DNA of 62,465 bases from an uncultured Rhodospirillales bacterium (GTDB taxonomy: Bacteria; Pseudomonadota; Alphaproteobacteria; Rhodospirillales; CAJXLG01): assembly GCA_913055885.1 (NCBI GenBank), contig CAJXLG010000001.1, positions 1-62,465 on the forward strand, in the 5' to 3' direction. Shown one piece after another: positions 1 to 6,365 of the stretch; the first letter of the stretch is position 1; every line of letters begins with the position of its first letter. The notes beneath the pieces were generated by a model. The model saw only the letters and a program-made list of their open reading frames with translations, was not told where the DNA came from and did no database searches. The position numbers were made by a program, and so were the translations under genes.

Positions 1-2
1 TC

Positions 3-269
3 ACCTCCATGGATCGCGACGGCACCAGGGAGGGCTTCAACATCCCGCTGACGCGGGCCATCGCCGACGCCGTGCCGGTGCCGGTGGTGGCCTCGGGCGG
101 CGTGGGCAATCTCGACCACTTGGTGGAAGGGGTGCGCGACGGCCACGCCAGCGCCGTCCTGGCCGCCTCCATCTTCCACTTCGGCACCTACAGCATCCGC
201 CAGGCCAAGGACCACATGCGGGCGGCGGGCGTGCCCGTGCGCCTGGATAACCGGGAGGATGCGGCATGA
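3..269 (+). CDS. hisF: Imidazole glycerol phosphate synthase cyclase subunit HisF, C-terminal fragment (5' end lies outside the window)
   Basis: The translation [13 protein letters not shown]...[16 protein letters not shown]...AASIFHFG matches the conserved HisF C-terminal half. Its stop overlaps the next start (ATGA at 266-269). Confidence 0.9.
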   Translation, partial: TSMDRDGTREGFNIPLTRAIADAVPVPVVASGGVGNLDHLVEGVRDGHASAVLAASIFHFGTYSIRQAKDHMRAAGVPVRLDNREDAA

Positions 270-607
270 CCGACGAGAACGCCCCGGACGGCCGGGTGCT
301 GGACCGGCTCTTCGCCACCATTGACGAACGTCGCGACGCCGATCCGGAAAGCTCCTACACCGCCAAGCTGTTGTCGCGCGGTCGCGCCAAGGTGGCCCAG
401 AAAACCGGCGAGGAAGCCGTCGAGGCCGTCATCGCCGCCACCTCTCAGGAACCTGCGGACGTCGCCTCGGAAAGTGCCGATCTTCTGTACCATCTGCTGG
501 TGCTGTGGGCGGAATGCGGCGTGGACCCGGACCAGGTGTGGCAGGAACTGGACCGGCGCACCGGCACCTCCGGCATCACGGAGAAAAAGGCCCGCAAGCA
601 TACGTGA
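266..607 (+). CDS. hisE: Phosphoribosyl-ATP pyrophosphatase HisE
   Basis: The 113-aa product carries [20 protein letters not shown] and [12 protein letters not shown], typical of HisE/MazG-like PRA-PH. It is coupled to hisF by an ATGA overlap. Confidence 0.9.
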   Translation: MTDENAPDGRVLDRLFATIDERRDADPESSYTAKLLSRGRAKVAQKTGEEAVEAVIAATSQEPADVASESADLLYHLLVLWAECGVDPDQVWQELDRRTGTSGITEKKARKHT

Positions 608-663
608 AGGGGAAAAAGGGGAAAAAAGGGAAAAAGCGGGGGGAACCAGAGGGTTCCCCCCGC
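608..663 (-). terminator. Hairpin with an adjacent purine/pyrimidine tract; reads as an intrinsic terminator only on the minus strand
   Basis: A perfect 12-bp stem GCGGGGGGAACC / GGTTCCCCCCGC lies at 636-647 and 652-663. On the minus strand it is followed by TTTTTCCCTTTTTTCCCCTTTTTCCCC, the complement of three GGGGAAAAA-like repeats at 608-636. Confidence 0.35.
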
Positions 664-763
664 ACCCCCCACCCGAACGGGATACGCCGTCGGCGTCATG
701 CTCGGGCTCGACCCGAGCATCTGTGGGCCCGCCCACGGCTACGACAAACAAAGGAGGCGCATC

Positions 764-1126
764 ATGGCCTACGATGACAACAACGTCTTCGCCAGGATCC
801 TGCGCGGCGAAATCCCCAACGACACGGTGCACGAGGACGACCAGGTCCTGGCCTTCAAGGACATCAACCCGCAGGCCCCCGTGCACAACGTGGTCATCCC
901 CAAGGGCCGGTACACGGGCCTCAACGATTTCGCCGAGAACGCCACCGACGCCGAGATCGCCGCCTGGGTGCGTGGCCTGGCCAAAGCCGCGAAGGAGACG
1001 GGCGTGGCCGAGTCCGGCTATCGCGTTATCGTCAACTCCGGCGCCGACGGCGGCCAGGAAATCGACCACGTCCACGGCCACGTCATGGGCGGCGGGCCCA
1101 TGGGTCCCATGGTGGCGAAAGGATAG
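764..1126 (+). CDS. HIT family protein (histidine triad nucleotide-binding protein)
   Basis: The product starts MAYDDNNVFARILRGEIP and has the HVHGHVMGG histidine-triad motif. The ATG at 764 is preceded by AAGGAGG at 751-757. The upstream part of the listed ORF (698-763) was ignored. Confidence 0.85.
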   Translation: MAYDDNNVFARILRGEIPNDTVHEDDQVLAFKDINPQAPVHNVVIPKGRYTGLNDFAENATDAEIAAWVRGLAKAAKETGVAESGYRVIVNSGADGGQEIDHVHGHVMGGGPMGPMVAKG

Positions 1127-1157
1127 AGGCTCGCCCCCGGGCGGGGCCTGACCCTCG

Positions 1158-1910
1158 ATGACCCTGGTGTCGGCGGCCCTTGCCCTGGCCGGGCTTTCCG
1201 CGATCTTCGCCGCCCTGGGCCTGGGCGGGGCCATCGTCTACGGGCCGGTGCTCGCCACGTGGTATCCCCTGCCCACGGTGGCCATTCCCCTGGCGCTTTT
1301 CCTCAACGTCCTCACCAGCGGCCGGGCGCTGGCCGCCTACGGGCCGCGGGGCTGGGTGGACTGGCGCGGCCTCTGGCCCCTGGCCGCCGTGACGGCCCTG
1401 GCGGCCCTCGCCGGCAGCCGCGGAACCCACCTGTTGCCGCCGGCGGTCGTGGCGACGGGCCTGGGAACGCTCCTGCTGGCGGTGGCCGCCTTCACCCTGT
1501 GGCGCGCATGCCACCCCCCGGCGGGCGGCGGCCTGGCCCGCGCCCCGGCCGAACGGCGTCGTCTCGTAAGCGGAACGATTGGCCTGGGCGTGGGCGTGCT
1601 GAGCGGCCTTTTCGGCATCGGCGGGGGCGTGTTCATCGGGCCCCTGTTGGTGGCGCTGGGCTACGAAGCGCGCCGCGTGGCAGGGGCCACCGCCTTCGTT
1701 TCGTGCGCGGTATCGACGGCGGGCTTCGCCGGGCACGTGCCCATGCTCGCGGCACCGTGGCCGCTGATGGCGGCCACCACCGGGGCCGTTCTCGCCGGCA
1801 GCACGGCGGGCACTCTTTGGCTGCGCCGCACCCGCCGGCCCCACTGGGTGCCCTTCGGCTATGCCCTCCTCCTGGCCGGGCTAAGCGTGACCCTGCTGGT
1901 CGGTCCATGA
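1158..1910 (+). CDS. TauE/SafE (TSUP, DUF81) family membrane transporter
   Basis: The 250-aa polytopic hydrophobic protein has two Gly-rich halves (GLGGAIVYGP... and GLFGIGGGVFIGPLL), typical of this family. Confidence 0.7.
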   Translation: MTLVSAALALAGLSAIFAALGLGGAIVYGPVLATWYPLPTVAIPLALFLNVLTSGRALAAYGPRGWVDWRGLWPLAAVTALAALAGSRGTHLLPPAVVATGLGTLLLAVAAFTLWRACHPPAGGGLARAPAERRRLVSGTIGLGVGVLSGLFGIGGGVFIGPLLVALGYEARRVAGATAFVSCAVSTAGFAGHVPMLAAPWPLMAATTGAVLAGSTAGTLWLRRTRRPHWVPFGYALLLAGLSVTLLVGP

Positions 1911-2077
1911 GCCCTGGAGCCGGGGATGGCGTCCGCCCCGGGGGCATCGGCGATGGCCTTGCTGCGGTTTACCGTCGCCGCGCCCTTCCCCGCCGCATCG
2001 GCCGGCTCGTAACCGGATCCAGACGGCTGCCCGATTCGACTGCCTAAAGACGGTGTGACGGTCGCGGGCCGGCCAGG

Positions 2078-2164
2078 CGCTATATACACGTGAACATAAA
2101 ATCGGTTGACAACCGCCGGCCGGGCCCCGATCGTGGGAACCGCTATATACGGCTGAACATAAAA
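2078..2164 (+). promoter_or_regulatory. Two Mo-box-like direct repeats (candidate ModE-type operator) around a TTGACA -35-like hexamer upstream of modA
   Basis: CGCTATATACacgTGAACATAAAA at 2078-2101 and CGCTATATACggcTGAACATAAAA at 2141-2164 match at 21 of 24 positions, 63 bp apart. TTGACA lies at 2105-2110. The CGnTATATA and TATAT-N7-(T/A)AYAT patterns resemble ModE operators. Confidence 0.5.
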
Positions 2165-2190
2165 AATGGCCTTGAGAGGAGAAGGGACCC

Positions 2191-2949
2191 ATGCGCCGGA
2201 TCATCCCCGCGGCCCTGTTGGCCGCCGCCGTGACCGCCGGCCCCGCCGCCGCGCAGGCCGGCTTCACCGTCTATGCCGCCGCCTCCACCACCAACGTGGT
2301 GAAGGCTCTGGCCAAGAAGTTCGAGGAGCAGACGGGCACGCCGGTCACAACCTCCTTCGCTGCCAGCGGCAGCCTCGCCAAGCAGATCGCGCAGGGGGCG
2401 CCGGCCGACGTCTACATCTCGGCCAATGTGGACTGGATGGACCATCTGGAAGAGAACGGCCACCTGGTGGACGGCACGCGCCGGGTGGTGACGCGCAACG
2501 CCCTGGTCCTGGTGGCGCCGGCCGGGGCCGACACGGCGGCGGAAGTGGCCCCGGATGCCTCGATCGGCGCCTGGCTCGGCGACGACGGCCGGCTGGCCCT
2601 GGGCGATCCGCAGTACGTGCCCGCCGGCGATTACGCCCGCACGGCCTTGAAGAATCTGGGCCTGTGGCAAAAGCTCAAGGACCGGGCGGCCCGCGCCAAC
2701 GACGTGCGGGCGGCCCTGCGGCTGGTGGAAACGTGGGCGGTGCCGCTGGGCGTGGTCTATGCCACGGACGCGGCGCTCACCGATGGCGTCCAGGTGGTGG
2801 ACACCTTCCCCGCCGACAGCTACCCGGCCATCCGCTATCCGGCGGCGCTCACGGACGCGGACTCCAGGGCCGGCCGCCGCTTCCTCGACTTCCTGACGGG
2901 CGGGACGGCGCAGAAGGTCTTCCGCAAGGCCGGGTTCCGGAAACCGTGA
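2191..2949 (+). CDS. modA: Molybdate ABC transporter periplasmic substrate-binding protein ModA
   Basis: The signal peptide MRRIIPAALLAAAVTAGPAAAQA is followed by FTVYAAASTTN...SFAASGSLAKQI.QGAPADVYISAN, which is ModA-like. A purine-rich RBS lies at 2174-2186. Confidence 0.9.
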   Translation: MRRIIPAALLAAAVTAGPAAAQAGFTVYAAASTTNVVKALAKKFEEQTGTPVTTSFAASGSLAKQIAQGAPADVYISANVDWMDHLEENGHLVDGTRRVVTRNALVLVAPAGADTAAEVAPDASIGAWLGDDGRLALGDPQYVPAGDYARTALKNLGLWQKLKDRAARANDVRAALRLVETWAVPLGVVYATDAALTDGVQVVDTFPADSYPAIRYPAALTDADSRAGRRFLDFLTGGTAQKVFRKAGFRKP

Positions 2950-3641
2950 GCGATCTCCTGACGCCCGCGGAATGGACGGCCATCGGCCTCAGCCTGCGCG
3001 TGGCCGTCTGGGCGGTGGCGGCCAGCCTGCCGCTGGGCATCGCGGCGGGCTGGCTGCTGGCGCGGCGCAACTTCCCGGGCAAGCTCCTGGTGGACGGCCT
3101 CATCCACCTGCCCATGGTGCTGCCGCCGGTGGCCGTCGGCTACATCCTGCTTCTGTTGCTTGGCCGGAACGGGCCGCTGGGCGCCTTCCTTCACGACGCC
3201 TTCGGCATCACGGTGGCCTTCACGTGGAAGGGGGCGGCCGTGGCCTCGGCGGTGGTGGCCTTTCCCCTCATGGTGCGCGCCATCCGCCAGGCCGTGGCGG
3301 CCGCGGACCAGGGGTTGGAGGCGGCGGCCCGCACCCTGGGCGCGGGCCCGGCGCGGGTGTTTTTCACCATCACGCTGCCCCTGGCGGCGCCGGGCATCCT
3401 GACGGGAACGCTCCTGGCCTTCGCCCGCTCCCTCTCCGAGTTCGGCGCCACCATCACCTTCGTCTCCAACATTCCGGGGGAGACCCGCACCCTGCCGCTG
3501 GCCCTCTACACCCAGATCCAGACGCCGGGGGCGGAATGGCCGGCGGCCCGGCTCGCCGTCGTGTCGGTGGTCATCGCCCTGGCCGCCCTGGCGGGGTCGG
3601 AGCTGCTGTCGCGCCATCTTACCCGAAAGTTGCATGGCTAA
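2946..3641 (+). CDS. modB: Molybdate ABC transporter permease ModB
   Basis: The GTG at 2946 overlaps the modA stop (GTGA). The product has the EAA-loop-like region LEAAARTLGAGPARVFFTITLP and SLSEFGATITFVSNIPGETRTLPLA. Confidence 0.9.
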   Translation: MSDLLTPAEWTAIGLSLRVAVWAVAASLPLGIAAGWLLARRNFPGKLLVDGLIHLPMVLPPVAVGYILLLLLGRNGPLGAFLHDAFGITVAFTWKGAAVASAVVAFPLMVRAIRQAVAAADQGLEAAARTLGAGPARVFFTITLPLAAPGILTGTLLAFARSLSEFGATITFVSNIPGETRTLPLALYTQIQTPGAEWPAARLAVVSVVIALAALAGSELLSRHLTRKLHG

Positions 3642-4732
3642 TGCTCGACGTATCGGTTCGCAAAAGCTTTACCGGGGTGACCATCGACGCCGCCTTCACG
3701 GCGGACGCCCCGGGCATCACGGCGCTTTTCGGCCGTTCCGGGGCCGGCAAGTCGTCGGTCATCGCCATGATCGCGGGACTCCTGCGCCCCGACACGGGGC
3801 ACGTCACGGCCGAGGGCGCGACGCTCTTCGATGCCGCGCGACGCACGGAGATGCCGCCGGAAAGGCGCCGGGTGGGCCTGGTCTTCCAGGACGGCCGCCT
3901 CTTTCCCCACCTTTCCGTGCGCCGCAACCTCCGCTACGGCATGGACCGGCTGCCCCCCGGCGACCGCCGGGTGGGCTTCGACCACGTGGTGGCCCTGCTC
4001 GGCCTGGAAAGCCTCCTGGACCGCCGCCCGGGGGCCCTGTCGGGCGGCGAAAAGCAGCGCGTCGCCATGGGCCGTGCCCTTCTTGCCAGCCCGCGCCTTC
4101 TGCTCATGGACGAGCCCCTGGCCGCCCTGGACGCCGAGCGCAAGGCGGAGGTGATGCCCTTCATCCGGCGCCTGGCCGGCGAGCTGGAAATCCCCATCCT
4201 CTACGTCAGCCACGCCACGGACGAGATCCTGGCCCTGGCCGACCGGCTGGTGCTCATGGACGATGGCCGAAGCGTCGCCGCGGGTCCCGTGGAAGACCTC
4301 ATGAGCCGCCTGGACCTGCGGCCCCTGACGGGCCGTTTCGCCGCCGGCGCGGTGGTACGGGCGACGGTGGCCGTGCCGCGTTCGGACGACGGCCTCACGG
4401 GGCTGGATTTTGCCGGCGGCCGGCTGTGGGTGCCGGCGGTGGACCAGCCGGCGGGGCGGGCGGTGCGCCTGCGCATCCATGCCCGCGACGTGGCGCTCGC
4501 CCTGACGCCGCCGGCGGATACCAGCGTGCAGAACATCTTCCCCGCCACGGTGGCCGAGATCGCCGAGGCGGAGGACGGTCAGGTGGACGTGCGCCTGGAC
4601 GCCGGCTGCCCCCTGTGGGCCCGGGTGACGCGGCGCGCCGTGCATACACTGGGCCTGGAACCGGGCCGTTCCGTCCACGCCATGATCAAGTCGGTGGCGG
4701 TGGCGCGGCGCGAGATCGCTGATCACGCGTAG
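3641..4732 (+). CDS. modC: Molybdate ABC transporter ATP-binding protein ModC
   Basis: The ATG at 3641 overlaps the modB stop by 1 nt. It has Walker A GRSGAGKSS, signature LSGGEKQRV, Walker B LLLMDEP, and a C-terminal TOBE-like extension. Confidence 0.9.
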   Translation: MLDVSVRKSFTGVTIDAAFTADAPGITALFGRSGAGKSSVIAMIAGLLRPDTGHVTAEGATLFDAARRTEMPPERRRVGLVFQDGRLFPHLSVRRNLRYGMDRLPPGDRRVGFDHVVALLGLESLLDRRPGALSGGEKQRVAMGRALLASPRLLLMDEPLAALDAERKAEVMPFIRRLAGELEIPILYVSHATDEILALADRLVLMDDGRSVAAGPVEDLMSRLDLRPLTGRFAAGAVVRATVAVPRSDDGLTGLDFAGGRLWVPAVDQPAGRAVRLRIHARDVALALTPPADTSVQNIFPATVAEIAEAEDGQVDVRLDAGCPLWARVTRRAVHTLGLEPGRSVHAMIKSVAVARREIADHA

Positions 4733-4796
4733 CCGCATTGCGCTCGGCCGGGTGGCATGCAATGGTCCGGCGCCCCGGCAGACGATCAGGGACGCC

Positions 4797-6092
4797 ATGG
4801 AATACGGGCTGACGGAACATCCCGGGCGCTGGGCCCTCGTCAACGAGGTGCACGCCCGGCCGTACGAGGAACTCAACACGCCCGAGCGCGGCTCGCACCT
4901 GGCCCTCATGAGCGGCGAGCACGCCGGCGAGGTGGAATACGAGCACCTGGTGCGCCTGTGCCGGCATTACGGCACGCCGGAGCCCGGGCCGGACACGCAC
5001 CATTTCATGGTGGACCTGGGCCCGGTGCGGGTGCGCTGGGAGCGGCACACAGAGTTCTGCACCTACACCTTCTTCCGGCAGGGCGGTTTTGACGACCCCT
5101 TCGCCCATCCCGTGATCGACTTCCTGCCGCGCGACTGGCTGGCGGCCCTGCCGGGGACGGTGCTGGCGGCGGTGCACTTCGCCCTGGAGCCGCGGGAGCA
5201 GGGCGCCGCCCGCCCGCCCGAGGCCCTGGCCGCCCTGTTCAATGGCAACACCCTCGTGGGCTCGCGCATTGCCGGCGGGGCCGGGCGCATGTATTCCGAC
5301 CTCTGGCTGCACGACGACGGCTTCGCCCGCATCCTGATCCAGGACGAGGGCTTCAACGCGCGCCAGGCGGGCCGCCACGTGCAGCGCCTGCTGGAGGTGC
5401 ACACCTACCGTCTCATGGCACTCCTGGCCCTGGACCCGGCGCGCCGGGCGGCGCCCGAGCTGTCGCGCGCGGACGCGGAGCTCAACAACATCGCCGCCGC
5501 CATGGCGGAATCCCAACAGGACCAGACCGATGCCCGCCTGCTGGAACGCCTCTCGGCGGTGGCCTCGGACATCGAGGCGGTGACGGCGGCCACCAGCTAT
5601 CGTTTCGGTGCGGCGCGCGCCTATTACAACATCGTCCAACGCCGGCTCCAGGAATTGCGCGAGGAGCGCATCCAGGGCGTGCAGCCGCTGGGGGAGTTCC
5701 TGGAGCGCCGCATGGCCCCGGCCATGCAGACGTGCGAGGAGGTGGGCGGCCGCGCCCGCGGCCTGTCCGACCGCGGCGCCCGCATGGCGGCCCTCCTGCG
5801 CGCGCGGGTGGAGGTGCAGCTGGAGACCCAGAACCAGGACCAGCTCGCCGCCATGAACCGGCGCGCCGAGCTTCAGCTCCGCCTGCAGGAAACGGTGGAG
5901 GGCCTGTCCGTGGTGGCCATCAGCTACTACGTCACCGGGCTCATCGGCTACCTCCTGAAGGGCGCCAAGGCGGGCGGCCTGCCCTTCGTCCAGCCCGACC
6001 TCTTCACCGGCATCGCGGTGCCCCTGGTGGTGGCGGCGCTGTGGCTGGGGCTCAAGCGCGCCAAACGTTTCCTGAAAGAAGAGGAGAAATAG
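4797..6092 (+). CDS. DUF3422-like membrane-anchored protein
   Basis: The N-terminus HPGRWALVNEVHARPYE...WERHTEFCTYTF is as remembered for DUF3422, and there are two C-terminal TM helices. The start was chosen at MEYGL; the listed ORF starts at 4752. Confidence 0.6.
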   Translation: MEYGLTEHPGRWALVNEVHARPYEELNTPERGSHLALMSGEHAGEVEYEHLVRLCRHYGTPEPGPDTHHFMVDLGPVRVRWERHTEFCTYTFFRQGGFDDPFAHPVIDFLPRDWLAALPGTVLAAVHFALEPREQGAARPPEALAALFNGNTLVGSRIAGGAGRMYSDLWLHDDGFARILIQDEGFNARQAGRHVQRLLEVHTYRLMALLALDPARRAAPELSRADAELNNIAAAMAESQQDQTDARLLERLSAVASDIEAVTAATSYRFGAARAYYNIVQRRLQELREERIQGVQPLGEFLERRMAPAMQTCEEVGGRARGLSDRGARMAALLRARVEVQLETQNQDQLAAMNRRAELQLRLQETVEGLSVVAISYYVTGLIGYLLKGAKAGGLPFVQPDLFTGIAVPLVVAALWLGLKRAKRFLKEEEK

Positions 6093-6111
6093 CGGGAACG
6101 GGCGGCTCGCG

Positions 6112-6310
6112 GACCGCCGTCATCCCGGACGTTTTTGCGACGGCCTGCGGCCGGCGCAAAAACGATCCGGGATCTGGCTGACCCTGTCCCCCTTGGGGAT
6201 CGAACACCACACAGGCCTTTTCCGGGAAACGTCCGTACCGGAATTGGACAGGTCCCGGATAACCGCCGGAGCGCGGTCGGCGCTCCGGCGGTTTCCGGGA
6301 TGACGGTCGT
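6112..6310. repeat. Cluster of nested inverted repeats (MITE/REP-like) in a convergent intergenic region; includes a likely bidirectional terminator hairpin
   Basis: A 12-bp perfect inverted repeat CGTCATCCCGGA / TCCGGGATGACG lies at 6118-6129 and 6294-6305. An internal ~18-bp stem lies at 6122-6139 / 6155-6173. A perfect 12-bp stem CCGCCGGAGCGC / GCGCTCCGGCGG lies at 6263-6274 / 6280-6291. The heptamer TCCCGGA/TCCGGGA occurs five times. Confidence 0.5.
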
Positions 6311-6365
6311 TTTCGCAACCGCGCCGGCCGGCGAGGGGGAAAAGGAAAAAATGTTTGGGCGACGG

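Noticed and set aside
1911-2190. A Moco riboswitch upstream of modA.
   Set aside because: I could not trace the characteristic conserved helices or loops. The AT-rich repeated boxes look like protein operators (DNA-level direct repeats) rather than an RNA fold. Not tested with a covariance model.
2166-2945. The long N-terminal part of ORF 2166-3641, overlapping modA in another frame.
   Set aside because: ModB homology begins only at the GTG at 2946, which overlaps the modA stop. The upstream part is Arg/Gly/Pro-rich shadow sequence.
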